Source: Candidatus Rariloculaceae bacterium (lineage in GTDB: Bacteria; Pseudomonadota; Gammaproteobacteria; Steroidobacterales; Rariloculaceae). From it: a stretch of DNA of 64,000 nt. Shown in pieces: positions 9,441 to 19,154 of this stretch; within the stretch, counting starts at the first letter, position 1, and every line of letters begins with the position of its first letter. The stretch is taken from assembly GCA_965237785.1 (NCBI GenBank), contig OZ250159.1:117791-181790 (forward strand), in the 5' to 3' direction. The translations under genes were made by a program, and so were the position numbers. The notes under the pieces are model-generated. The model saw nothing but the letters and a program-made list of their open reading frames with translations. It did not search any database and had not been told where the DNA came from.

Positions 9441-10166
9441 ATGAACGAAGACGTTTACGCCAAGGACGCGGCCGCAGAGCAGGAGGACGATCTCGTCCTC
9501 TCCGAACTTGACGACGATGAACTGGTCGAGCAGATGCACGATGATCTGTACGACGGCCTCAGGGATGAAATCGTCGAGAGCACGGAAATACTGCTTGAGC
9601 GGGGCTGGGCGCCGGACAAGGTACTGAACAATGCCCTGGTGGGCGGCATGAAGATCGTCGGCATCGACTTTCGCGACGGCATCCTGTTCGTGCCGGAGGT
9701 GCTGCTGGCCGCCAATGCCATGAAGGGCGGCATGGCCGTGCTGCGCCCGTTGCTGGCGGAGACGGGCGCCAGGCCGGTGGGCAAGATGGTGATCGGTACG
9801 GTCAAGGGCGACATTCACGACATCGGCAAGAACCTGGTCGGAATGATGATGGAAGGCGCCGGTTTCGAGGTCTTCGATATCGGCATCAACAACAGCGCTG
9901 AAAACTATCTGGAGGCGCTGGAAAAGCACCGGCCGGACATTCTCGGCATGTCGGCCCTGCTGACCACTACCATGCCGTATATGAAGGTGGTCATCGACGA
10001 ATTGGTGGCCCGATCCATCCGCGACGACTACATCGTGCTGGTCGGCGGCGCGCCTCTGAACGAGGAATTCGGCGCGGCGGTGGGCGCCGACGCCTATTGT
10101 GGGGACGCCGCCACCGCGGTGGATACCGCCACTCATCTGATGCGCAAGAGGCACAACTACCGATGA
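9441..10166 (+). CDS. corrinoid (cobalamin)-binding protein of a methyltransferase system (MtgC/MttC-like)
   Basis: B12-binding motifs GDIHDIGKN (DxHxxG), MSALLTTT (SxL) and LVGGAP. ATG 9441 has GGAGG 8 nt upstream. The track start at 9426 is a TTG inside that SD. Confidence 0.85.
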   Translation: MNEDVYAKDAAAEQEDDLVLSELDDDELVEQMHDDLYDGLRDEIVESTEILLERGWAPDKVLNNALVGGMKIVGIDFRDGILFVPEVLLAANAMKGGMAVLRPLLAETGARPVGKMVIGTVKGDIHDIGKNLVGMMMEGAGFEVFDIGINNSAENYLEALEKHRPDILGMSALLTTTMPYMKVVIDELVARSIRDDYIVLVGGAPLNEEFGAAVGADAYCGDAATAVDTATHLMRKRHNYR

Positions 10167-10199
10167 TGCGGTTTCATGATTTCTCCAGGGAGAGCTGCC

Positions 10200-11741
10200 A
10201 TGCCACGACGATCGGGCGGTAGACGGGCGCGTAGGGCCCTGCGCGCCGCGCCCTTGGCCGAAGCGGTCAAGCCGGTTCGGCCGGGTGAGACCGGCGGACA
10301 GTTCCAACCCTTGTCCGCTGCCGGCGTTGCGGCCATTGTGGACAACGCCTTCAGGATTCTCGACCGGGTGGGATTCGCCGATCCGACACCTCACTGCATC
10401 GAAACCTGCACTTCGGCCGGCGCCGTGCTCGGCGACGATGGGCGTTTGCGCATGCCGCGAAGCGTGGTCGAACGGACCTTGCAGCAAGCCCGGCGGAATC
10501 TGGTGCTGCACGGTCAGGATCCGCGGTGGGATCTGGACTTGAGTGGCGCCAGGGTGCACTTCTCCACCGCCGGCGCCGCGGTCACGGTAGCCGACTCGGA
10601 GAACGGCCTCTACCGGGATTCCAAGGCGCAGGATCTCTACGACATGGCGCGCATCGCCGACACCTGCGAGCACATTCACATGTTTCAACGGACCTGCGTC
10701 CCTCGGGACATTGCCGACAACTATGCACTGGACATCAATACCGTCTACTGCGCGGTGATGGGCACCAGCAAGCACGTCGGTTCCAGTTGGTCGGTATCCC
10801 AGCACGTCGAGAAGAGCCTGCAGATGCTGCACATCATCGCCGGCGGCGAGGCCGAGTGGCGGGCGCGCCCCTTCGTCAGCCAGTCCAACTGCTTTGTGGT
10901 GCCGCCGATGAAGTTCGCCACCGATGCGCTCGAATGCCTGCGGGTCGCGGTGCAGGGCGGCATGCCGGTACTGCTGTTATCGGCAGGCCAAGCCGGCGCG
11001 ACCACGCCCGCCTGTCTGGCCGGGGCGGTCTCTCAAGCCTGGGCGGAGTGTCTCGGCGGGCTGGTCTATGTCAACGCGATCGAGCCCGGCGCGCCGGCGA
11101 TTCTCGGCGCCTGGCCGTTCGTTTCGGATCTGCGTACCGGGGCGATGAGCGGCGGCTCGCCGGAGCAGGGCCTGCTGTCCGCCGCCTGCGCCCAGATCGG
11201 CAACCACTTCGACCTGCCCTTCGGCACCGCCTGCGGCATGACCGATGCCAAGTTTCCGGACTTTCAGGCCGGCGCGGAACGTGCCGCAACGGTGCTGTCA
11301 GCCGCCTTGTCCGGGGCGAACATCGTCTATGAATCCGCCGGCATGTACGCCAGTCTGTTGGGCACGTGCCCGGAGAGCCTGTTGCTGGACAACGACGTCC
11401 TGGGTGCCGCCGGGCGCGCTACCCGCGGAATCGAAGTCAACTCCGATACGCTGAGCTTCGAGGAGATCCAACAGATCTGCACCAGCGGGGTAGGCCATTA
11501 CCTGGGTTCCGGGAACACCTTGCAGGTGATGCAAAGCGAGTATTTTTATCCGGACTTCAGCGACCGCACCAGCCCGACCGTCTGGGAGGAACAAGGCAAG
11601 CCGGTTCTGCTGAACAGGGCCATCGACAGGACGCGGGAACTTCTCGCCCATCATGTGCCGCGCCACGTCAGCGACGAAATCGACGCGCGAGTGCGTGCCG
11701 GGTTCCCGATCTTTCTCTCCCGGGCAGCGATGGGGCGATGA
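10200..11741 (+). CDS. MttB-superfamily non-pyrrolysine methyltransferase, paralog 2 (highly divergent from paralog 1)
   Basis: ORF 10176..11741. ATG 10200 (MPRRSGGRRARRALRAAPL..., the family-typical Arg-rich start) has GGGAGAG upstream. The MttB-like body is collinear with paralog 1 but has low identity by eye. No in-frame stop. Confidence 0.8.
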   Translation: MPRRSGGRRARRALRAAPLAEAVKPVRPGETGGQFQPLSAAGVAAIVDNAFRILDRVGFADPTPHCIETCTSAGAVLGDDGRLRMPRSVVERTLQQARRNLVLHGQDPRWDLDLSGARVHFSTAGAAVTVADSENGLYRDSKAQDLYDMARIADTCEHIHMFQRTCVPRDIADNYALDINTVYCAVMGTSKHVGSSWSVSQHVEKSLQMLHIIAGGEAEWRARPFVSQSNCFVVPPMKFATDALECLRVAVQGGMPVLLLSAGQAGATTPACLAGAVSQAWAECLGGLVYVNAIEPGAPAILGAWPFVSDLRTGAMSGGSPEQGLLSAACAQIGNHFDLPFGTACGMTDAKFPDFQAGAERAATVLSAALSGANIVYESAGMYASLLGTCPESLLLDNDVLGAAGRATRGIEVNSDTLSFEEIQQICTSGVGHYLGSGNTLQVMQSEYFYPDFSDRTSPTVWEEQGKPVLLNRAIDRTRELLAHHVPRHVSDEIDARVRAGFPIFLSRAAMGR

Positions 11742-11809
11742 CGGGCACCTTCTTTTCGAGTGATTGCAGCCGTATTCACGTTATCCGCTTCCCCGAATAG
11801 AGATTTGCG

Positions 11810-12568
11810 ATGGCGGTCATCAACACCATTCTTGTTCCTCTGAAACGCGTCGTGGACTTCAATGTCCGTGTACGCGTGAAGCCCGACGGCTCGGGAATGG
11901 CGCTGGACGGCGTCAAAATGAGCATCAATCCCTTCGACGAGATCGCCTTGGAGGAGGCGCTGCGAATCAGGGAACGGGGCGAGGCCGAGGAGGTCGTCGT
12001 GGCATCCGTCGGCGCCCAGGAATGCACTCAGCAACTACGTGGCGGGTTGGCCATGGGAGCCGACCGGGCCATTCTGGTGGAGGTTAGCCGGGACCTTGAA
12101 CCCCTGACCGTCGCCAAGACGTTGAAGGCCCTCGTCCACCGGGAAAATTCGCAGTTGGTGATTTTGGGCAAGCAGGCCATCGACGGCGACAACAATCAGA
12201 CCGGACAGATGCTGGCCGCTCTTTGGGGGCGGCCCCAAGCGACTTTTGCCTCCGAACTCAGCCTGGGCAACGGCGTGGCGACAGCGACGCGGGAAGTGGA
12301 CGCCGGGTTGGAAGTCGTCGAAGTCGACCTGCCGGCCGTGGTGACCACGGACCTGCGTCTGAACGAACCCCGTTACACAAAGCTGCCCGATATCCTGAAG
12401 GCCAAGAGGAAGCCTCTGGAGACGGTAACCCTGGCTGAGTTGAACGTGGAACCGGAAGTACAATTCCGAGTGTTGGGGGTCGAACCGCCGGCCCGGCGCC
12501 CGAAGGGCGTGATGGTGCGCGATGTGGCGGAGTTGGTGCAGGCGCTACGGCAAAAAGAGTTGGTTTGA
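11810..12568 (+). CDS. etfB: electron transfer flavoprotein beta subunit
   Basis: 252-aa ORF with a classic EtfB N-terminus (VPLKRVVDFNVRVRVKPDGSGMALDGVKMSINPFDEIALEEALR). Its stop overlaps the etfA start. Confidence 0.9.
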   Translation: MAVINTILVPLKRVVDFNVRVRVKPDGSGMALDGVKMSINPFDEIALEEALRIRERGEAEEVVVASVGAQECTQQLRGGLAMGADRAILVEVSRDLEPLTVAKTLKALVHRENSQLVILGKQAIDGDNNQTGQMLAALWGRPQATFASELSLGNGVATATREVDAGLEVVEVDLPAVVTTDLRLNEPRYTKLPDILKAKRKPLETVTLAELNVEPEVQFRVLGVEPPARRPKGVMVRDVAELVQALRQKELV

Positions 12569-13515
12569 TGGCCCGGGTTCTGATCGTTGCCGAGCATGAC
12601 GGGAAGTCCCTCAATCCCAGTACGGCGAAATGCGTGTCCTGCGCCCAAAGCTTCGAGCCGTCAGCGATCGACATTGCGGTGCTGGCTGGAGACGGCGGCG
12701 CCGTTGCAGCGCAGGCGGCGGCGCTGGTCGGGGTGACCGGCGTCATCAGAGTCGATCATCCGGCAAACGAGTTTGCCCTGGCGGCGGTCGCCGCGCCCCA
12801 GGTCCGTGACCTCGCTGCCGATTACACTCATGTCTTCGGCCCGTCAACCACGTTCGGCAAGGATCTGATGCCGCGGGTTGCAGCACTCCTGGGCGTGGGA
12901 CAGCTGAGCGATATCATGAGCGCCGAAAGCGCCTATCGGTTCAAGCGGCCGATCTACGCCGGCAATGCCATTCTCACGGTGGAGGCGCCGGTGGACCGCA
13001 CTGTGGTGGCCACCGTCAGAACCGCATCGTACCAGGCGGCCGAAGCCACTGGTGAGGCCGCGATCCGGGAACGCTCCACGGATTCCGAGCTTCCGGCCCA
13101 TACGCGGTTCATCGAACTTCGCAGCGAGACCGGCAATGGGCGGCCGGATTTGCAGTCCGGCGCCCGGGTCGTCTCCGGCGGACGCGCCCTGGGCAGCAAG
13201 GAGAACTTCGAACTCATCTATCGGCTGGCGGATACGCTCGGCGCCGCCGTGGGCGCATCGCGCGCCGCGGTGGATGCAGGGTACGCAGCTAACGACCTGC
13301 AGGTCGGCCAGACTGGAAAGATCATTGCACCGGACCTCTATATCGCCGTGGGCATCTCCGGAGCCATCCAGCACCTCACCGGAATCAAGGACGCGAATGT
13401 CATCGTGGCCATCAACATAGACGCCGAAGCGCCGCTGTTCGAGGTCGCCGATATCGGTCTGGCGGCGGACCTGTTTACCGCCGTGCCGGAACTGATCGAA
13501 GCGCTGGGTGGATAA
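12565..13515 (+). CDS. etfA: electron transfer flavoprotein alpha subunit
   Basis: 316-aa ORF with the EtfA C-terminal FAD motif ([46 protein letters not shown]). Confidence 0.9.
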   Translation: MMARVLIVAEHDGKSLNPSTAKCVSCAQSFEPSAIDIAVLAGDGGAVAAQAAALVGVTGVIRVDHPANEFALAAVAAPQVRDLAADYTHVFGPSTTFGKDLMPRVAALLGVGQLSDIMSAESAYRFKRPIYAGNAILTVEAPVDRTVVATVRTASYQAAEATGEAAIRERSTDSELPAHTRFIELRSETGNGRPDLQSGARVVSGGRALGSKENFELIYRLADTLGAAVGASRAAVDAGYAANDLQVGQTGKIIAPDLYIAVGISGAIQHLTGIKDANVIVAINIDAEAPLFEVADIGLAADLFTAVPELIEALGG

Positions 13516-14080
13516 CGCGGGCATCGTCCATGGAATCCACGACCCGATCATCCGGCACACGCTGCAGAATATTAAGCGTGTCGAACGTGGCGGCGATGGA
13601 ACCGCGCAGCCTTACGATGATGATCTCTGTCTGCGCCGTGGCCGCAACGTCAATGAGTTGCTCGATAACGATGGCCGCGCTGTCGTCAAGATAGGTAGCC
13701 CCCGTAAAGTCGAAAACGACGACTTCATGTTCCCTGATATCCACGCCAATTACCGAGACGAGTTTGTGAGACGAGGCAACCGTAAAGCTGCCGCGAAGCG
13801 CCACCAGGCCGACCCGGAACACGCCCAGGAGAACCTGGATCAGCCCTCCCATGACCACTACAGTCAAGGCTTCGGCGAGGTTGTTCGCGTGAGTGGTGAC
13901 GATCACCGCCATGGCAATGGTCATCGATGGCGTGGGCCCGGATATCTGTGATCGTGTGCCGCCGAAAATATCCCCGCGGAGCGTACGGAAGTCGTAGTTC
14001 AACTGATAGTGCCTTCGTTTCTTGTCTTCAACCGGGGAACCCCCACCCTGATGGGACTTCGCCGCCCGCATTGCGGCCAT
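13475..14080 (-). pseudogene. remnant of a SulP-family anion permease (N-terminal TM segments fused to the C-terminal STAS domain; core deleted)
   Basis: 201-aa ORF. It has ...LRGDIFGG..ISGPTPSMTIAMAVIV...MGGLIQVLLGVFRVG (SulP N-terminal helices). This is followed directly by a STAS-like end (VVVFDFTGATYLDDSAAIVIEQLIDVA...IIIVRLRG). About 300 aa of transporter core are missing. Confidence 0.55.
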
Positions 14081-14236
14081 TCCGCGGGAGGGCCGCTACG
14101 GTTTGCTCAATTATGGCCCATCTATCGCCACTCTCAACCCAAACCCGTCAATCGCCTTAAACACACCAGTTTCGGAGGTACGGTAGAAAACACGCGTAGT
14201 CCAAGCTATTCTCCATATCGTGCACGCGAATCGCTC

Positions 14237-14635
14237 ATGGCAACCGATACGTTCGACACGCTCGCCGCCGCGCGCGAGCTTCAGGCGGCGGGAATCCAGG
14301 CCGGTCAGGCGGAAGCCATCGTGACCGCAATCCGCCAAGCTTCCGGCGAGCACGTCACGATCACGGACCTCAGAGTCGAACTTACCCGACTGCGGGGCCA
14401 TGTCGGCACCTCGGTCACGGAACTCAGAACTGAACTGACCGAGCTACGCGCTCACATCGATACCTCGGTCACGGAACTCAGAACTGAACTGACCGAGTTG
14501 CGGGCTCACATCGATACCTCGATTGCGGCGCTTCGCGGCGAAATCTATCGCAGCCTATGGCTTCAGGGCGCCGCCATCGTCGGCACGCTCACGGCATTGC
14601 AACTCACGGCATTGCAAGTTTTCTTGGGGGAATGA
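14237..14635 (+). CDS. coiled-coil protein with C-terminal TM helix (DUF1640-like)
   Basis: ORF 14009..14635 trimmed to ATG 14237 (MATDTFDTLAAARELQAAGI...). Heptad-like LR/EL repeats, with a hydrophobic tail LWLQGAAIVGTLTALQLTALQVFL. Its stop overlaps the recQ ATG (ATGA at 14632-14635). Confidence 0.6.
   Translation: MATDTFDTLAAARELQAAGIQAGQAEAIVTAIRQASGEHVTITDLRVELTRLRGHVGTSVTELRTELTELRAHIDTSVTELRTELTELRAHIDTSIAALRGEIYRSLWLQGAAIVGTLTALQLTALQVFLGE
14408..14521 (+). repeat. 54-bp in-frame tandem duplication (2.1 copies) inside the coiled-coil gene
   Basis: acctcggtcacggaactcagaactgaactgaccgag.t.cg.gctcacatcgat occurs at 14408-14461 and 14462-15515-equivalent (14462-14515), with 3 mismatches. 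It encodes TSVTELRTELTELRAHID twice. Confidence 0.9.
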
Positions 14636-16446
14636 CCGAACCGCTTCGGATTCTCAAGGACGTTTTCGGATTCGACGCGTTCCGGCCCGGCCAGGAAGAC
14701 GCCGTCGATGCGCTGCTTGCCAACCGTAACGTGCTCACGGTGATGCCGACGGGGTCGGGCAAATCGCTGTGTTTTCAGGTGCCGGCACTGATCTTTGACG
14801 GACTTACCGTGGTTGTCTCGCCCCTGGTCGCGCTGATGCAAGATCAGGTGGCCGCGTTACAGCTTGCTGGCGTTGCGGCGGATAGTATCAATTCCTCTCG
14901 CGACCGCACGGAAAATGTCGCCGCCTGGCGACGTGTAACGGTTGGCAAAACGCGGCTTCTATACATGGCGCCGGAACGGTTGATGACTGAACGCATGCTG
15001 GAGGCACTGGCCAGGCTCCCTGTGAAGCTGTTCGCCGTGGACGAGGCGCACTGTATCTCGCAGTGGGGACCGTCCTTCCGGCCGGAATACGAAGGCCTCT
15101 GCCGATTGCGGGACCTGTTCCCGCGGATCCCCATCGCCGCGCTGACGGCAACCGCCGATGAGACTACCCGAGAGGACATCGCCCAACGCCTTTTCGGGGG
15201 CGATGTGCAGAGCATCGTGCTCGGGTTCGACCGTCCCAACATCAAGTTGTCAGTGGAGATGAAGCGCGACTGGAAGCGCCAGTTGCAGGCGTTCATCGCC
15301 CGCCATGCCGGTGAGAGCGGTATCGTTTATTGCCTGTCGCGCAAGAAGACGGAGGAAACGGCGGCCTTGCTGGCGGCGGACGGCGTGCACGCGCTCGCCT
15401 ACCACGCGGGTATGGACAAGGCCCGGCGGGAGGCCAATCAGAACGTCTTCATGACTGAACCGGGCGTCGTCATCGTCGCTACCATCGCCTTCGGCATGGG
15501 CATCGACAAGGCCGACGTGCGTTTCGTCTTCCACACGGACCTGCCGGGCAGCGTCGAAGCCTATTATCAGGAAATCGGCCGAGCCGGCCGCGACGGCGCC
15601 GCGGCGGAAGCCCATATGGTGTACGGGCTGGGCGACATTCGCATGCGCCGCGTGTTCATCGAGGACGAGGAGGCCGGCGCCGAACGCAAGCGGCGCGAGC
15701 ACAAGCGGCTCGACGCGCTGCTCGGCTATTGCGAGGCGCCGGACTGCCGGCGCATTGCCCTGCTCGATTATTTCGGCGAACGCATCGATGCCTGCGGAAA
15801 TTGCGACGCTTGTCTGGATCCGGCGGAGCGGATGGATGGCACCGAGGAGGCTCGGAAAATCCTCTCCGCGGTCCACCGGTCCGGCGAGCGGTTCGGAGCG
15901 GCGCATATCATCGACATCCTGCGGGGGGTCGAAACCGAGAAAATCCGCCGTTTCGGCCATCACCGGCTGTCCACCTTCGGTGTCGGCGAGGCGCGCAAGA
16001 AAAACGAGTGGCGGTCGCTCATCCGCCAGATGGTGGCCACCGGGATGCTGCATCTCGACATCGCCGGATACGGCGGGCTTGCGGTCACCGACAAGGGCCG
16101 CGCGCTGTTGCGGGGCGATGGCGTTTTCCGGTATCGGGTGGATACGGTCCCCGCAACCCCGGCCGCACGCCGAAAACCGCGCCCCACGGAACTCGATCGG
16201 CCCTTGACCGACCGGCAGACCGCGCTGCTGAGCGCCCTCAAGGACCTTCGGCTGCGGCTGGCCAAGGAACGCGGCGTGCCGGCCTATGTGATTTTTCCGG
16301 ACCGCGCACTCATCGACATGGCGCAACGGCTGCCACGCAGCGTCGAGGAATTTGCCGAGGTTCACGGCGTCGGCGCCGTCAAGCTGAAGGAATTTGCGGA
16401 ACCGTTCCTTGCCGCTATTCAGGTGACTACCGGTGGCTACCCGTGA
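14632..16446 (+). CDS. recQ: ATP-dependent DNA helicase RecQ
   Basis: ORF 14557..16446 trimmed to MTEPLRILKDVFGFDAFRPGQ. Has helicase motifs MPTGSGKSLCFQ and DEAHCISQWG. Also has the RecQ Zn-finger region (CRR..LLDYFGE....CGNCDAC) and a C-terminal HRDC-like segment. Confidence 0.92.
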   Translation: MTEPLRILKDVFGFDAFRPGQEDAVDALLANRNVLTVMPTGSGKSLCFQVPALIFDGLTVVVSPLVALMQDQVAALQLAGVAADSINSSRDRTENVAAWRRVTVGKTRLLYMAPERLMTERMLEALARLPVKLFAVDEAHCISQWGPSFRPEYEGLCRLRDLFPRIPIAALTATADETTREDIAQRLFGGDVQSIVLGFDRPNIKLSVEMKRDWKRQLQAFIARHAGESGIVYCLSRKKTEETAALLAADGVHALAYHAGMDKARREANQNVFMTEPGVVIVATIAFGMGIDKADVRFVFHTDLPGSVEAYYQEIGRAGRDGAAAEAHMVYGLGDIRMRRVFIEDEEAGAERKRREHKRLDALLGYCEAPDCRRIALLDYFGERIDACGNCDACLDPAERMDGTEEARKILSAVHRSGERFGAAHIIDILRGVETEKIRRFGHHRLSTFGVGEARKKNEWRSLIRQMVATGMLHLDIAGYGGLAVTDKGRALLRGDGVFRYRVDTVPATPAARRKPRPTELDRPLTDRQTALLSALKDLRLRLAKERGVPAYVIFPDRALIDMAQRLPRSVEEFAEVHGVGAVKLKEFAEPFLAAIQVTTGGYP

Positions 16447-19107
16447 CTACAACTGCCAAGTTGCCCGCATGTAGTAGTAGCCGCCGTTGAAGCCGAACGG
16501 GGACTGTTCGGGGTAGATCAGTCCGGCCACTTCGCCGTGGGGGTTTTCGGAGGGGTATTCGTCGAATGCATTCTGCGCGCCGAACAGCACCGATACGGAG
16601 TCGGTGACGTCGAAGGCGGCCTCAACGTCGAACAGCAGGCTCGGATCCGGGAAGAACGACACGGTGCCGTCGTTGGTCGGCGCGTCGTAGAACTCGCCGT
16701 AATAACGGGCCCGCGCCATGACACGCCAGGTTCCCTGCGCATGGCTCCAGGTGGCCGAGAACCTCGAATCCGGACGACCCTGCTCGATTTGCAGCCTGCG
16801 GTTGTCGCTGGTGAAATCGGGATTGAACGCGGTCAGTTCCACATCCGACCAGTTGGCGACCAGCGTGAAGGTGGAGGCGCCGCCGCCCAGATCGAACGGC
16901 ACGCTGGCCACCACATCGACGCCGGAGGCCTCGACGGTCTGCTGGTTGGAGAAAAAGCGCACCGAGGAGAAGCTGCTGGCGTCGGATACGCCGACGGCGA
17001 GGAGCGCCGCTTTGTCTTCCGGGCTCAAGCGGAACCGGCTGGTGAAGGAGATGCGATCCTCGATCTCGATGTTGTAGTAATCCACCGTCACATTGAAGGC
17101 GCCGGCGTCGAACACAAGGCCGAGCGTGGTGTTGACGGACTCTTCCGGTGTCAGCGCCGTGGCGCCCTTTTGCTGGGCGATGGGGTTGGTCGGCGGCAAG
17201 GTGGCGATGTCCGCGAGCTTGCCGTCCTGGAACTCGGTGGTCACGTTGCGCAGGTTCGCCTGCCCGGCGGTGGGCACGCGAAAGCCCGTGCTCACCGCGC
17301 CGCGCAGCGCCACGCCATCGGAAAGTTGCACGCGGGCGGCGACCTTGCCGTCCAGCGTGTTGCCGTAGTCCGGGTAGTTCTCGTAGCGTAGCGCGCCGCC
17401 CAGCAGCAGACGCTCGCTGACATCGGCCTCAAGATCGACGTAGGCACCGTAAGCGCCCACCGTGTGTGCGCCCGCATCGCCGGGCTGGAAGCCGGCAAAG
17501 CCGTTGGAGCCGACCCCGAAGCCCTGCGCCGCCAGCCCGTATTCGATATTGGGATCGATGTAGAACGAATTGGGGTCGCCGTTGTGGATGCGGAACGTCT
17601 CGTCCCGGTACTCAAGGCCGAAGGCGACATTGAGCGGCGACCAGAGACCTATGTCCATCGGCTTCGACATGTCGAAGTTGACCACCCGATCCGTTTCCGT
17701 ATAGGCGCCGGCGTTGTAGTAAACGGGGATGTCGTTGCGCTGCGCCAGCAGTTGCGGATTGATGGTGTTGTAGATGTAGAACTGCGCGAAGCTGCGGCCC
17801 GCGTTGGCGCTCAGGTCGTAGAACCAGCCCGAGTCCAGTTCGCCGCGGATACCGCCGGCGATGCTCAGGTCATCGATATAGCCGCCGAATTGCGGGGTGA
17901 ACCCGCCGGGAAACTTCTCGATGAGCGAGTAGCAGTTTGGATCGTTGCGTATCATCCCCAGCGCGGCGGCGTCCGGCACCTTGTTGGCGATGCGCACCAA
18001 GGGGCAATTACCGGACCCATCAGACGTCAGATCCGCCACCTTGACGGTCGGAATGCCTACTGAGGTCATTTCGCCATTCTCATTTACGAAGACATCCTCG
18101 ACCACATCGCCATTCTCATCCTCATACGGTACGACCGCTACGCCATTCTCATTTACAAGACCGCCGTTGAACACGCCGTTACGGGTATGCGGATTTCGAT
18201 AGTAGAACCCGCCTTCCACCTGCCTTTCCGCCCAGTTGCCGAAGGCGTAGGCTTCGCTGCCGTTGCCCAGATCCAGGCCGAAGTTGCCGAACAGCTTGAT
18301 GTCGCCGGAGATTTCCGGCGCGCCCCAGATCTGCGCGGCCGGTTGGCGCACATGGGCGTTGCCGGCGTCGATCAGGCCTTGCGCGTCGCCGCGTTGCCGG
18401 CTGCGGCTGGTGGGGTCGGCTTCCTTCCACTCGAAGCTCAGGTTGGCGAAGCCGTCACTGCTCAGCGGCAGGCCGGCGTTGCCGGCAATGGTCACCGAGC
18501 TGCCGTCGCCCTCGAAGTAACTGCCGTACTTGGCGTCCAGGGTGACGCCGTCGGCGTCTTCCTTGAGCACGAAATTCATGATCCCGGCAATGGCGTCGGA
18601 ACCGTACTGCGCCGATGCGCCGTCGCGCAGCACTTCAAGGCGGTCGAGCGCGATGGGCGGAATAACGGACAGGTCGGGCCCCTGGGAACCGCCGGAAATC
18701 CCCGCGCCGAGCAGCGCGATGACGGCGGCGCGGTGGCGCCGTTTGCCGTTCACCAAGACCAGCACGGCGTCGGGCGGCAGCGAGCGCAGGGTCGCCGGGC
18801 GAATGAGCGTGGCCGCGTCGCTGATGGGCTCCTGGGCGACATTGTACGATGGCACGAGTGCCGACAGCACGTCGTCCAGATCGCTGCTGCCGTGGGCCAG
18901 AAAGTCATCGCCGCCGATCACGTCCACCGGCACCGGCGAGTCCGAGGCCGATCGGTCCCGCCGCCGGGAACCCACCACGACCACTTCTTCAAGCGGACCA
19001 GCCGCCTCCGCGGCGTCCGTCTGCGCGGCAACCCGCCCCGGCCATGCGCCAGAACCTGCCAGGAGCAAGACAGAAACTGCGGATAAGATTTGCTTGGGAA
19101 ACGACAT
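16447..19107 (-). CDS. TonB-dependent receptor
   Basis: 886-aa ORF. Has a signal peptide and the TonB-box/plug start LEEVVVVGSRRRD..PVPVDVI. Plug motifs follow (VLVNGKRRH, LRDGASAQYGSDAIAGIMNFVLK), then a long beta-barrel. Confidence 0.9.
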   Translation of the reverse strand: MSFPKQILSAVSVLLLAGSGAWPGRVAAQTDAAEAAGPLEEVVVVGSRRRDRSASDSPVPVDVIGGDDFLAHGSSDLDDVLSALVPSYNVAQEPISDAATLIRPATLRSLPPDAVLVLVNGKRRHRAAVIALLGAGISGGSQGPDLSVIPPIALDRLEVLRDGASAQYGSDAIAGIMNFVLKEDADGVTLDAKYGSYFEGDGSSVTIAGNAGLPLSSDGFANLSFEWKEADPTSRSRQRGDAQGLIDAGNAHVRQPAAQIWGAPEISGDIKLFGNFGLDLGNGSEAYAFGNWAERQVEGGFYYRNPHTRNGVFNGGLVNENGVAVVPYEDENGDVVEDVFVNENGEMTSVGIPTVKVADLTSDGSGNCPLVRIANKVPDAAALGMIRNDPNCYSLIEKFPGGFTPQFGGYIDDLSIAGGIRGELDSGWFYDLSANAGRSFAQFYIYNTINPQLLAQRNDIPVYYNAGAYTETDRVVNFDMSKPMDIGLWSPLNVAFGLEYRDETFRIHNGDPNSFYIDPNIEYGLAAQGFGVGSNGFAGFQPGDAGAHTVGAYGAYVDLEADVSERLLLGGALRYENYPDYGNTLDGKVAARVQLSDGVALRGAVSTGFRVPTAGQANLRNVTTEFQDGKLADIATLPPTNPIAQQKGATALTPEESVNTTLGLVFDAGAFNVTVDYYNIEIEDRISFTSRFRLSPEDKAALLAVGVSDASSFSSVRFFSNQQTVEASGVDVVASVPFDLGGGASTFTLVANWSDVELTAFNPDFTSDNRRLQIEQGRPDSRFSATWSHAQGTWRVMARARYYGEFYDAPTNDGTVSFFPDPSLLFDVEAAFDVTDSVSVLFGAQNAFDEYPSENPHGEVAGLIYPEQSPFGFNGGYYYMRATWQL

Positions 19108-19154
19108 GCTGTGTCCCCTGATCGGTTTGGCTGTGCCGAAAGATTATAGTGAAT

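Noticed and set aside
7263-11741. Pyrrolysine (in-frame UAG) in the MttB homologs
   Set aside because: Both ORFs are uninterrupted and no pyl genes are present, so these are non-Pyl MttB-family members.
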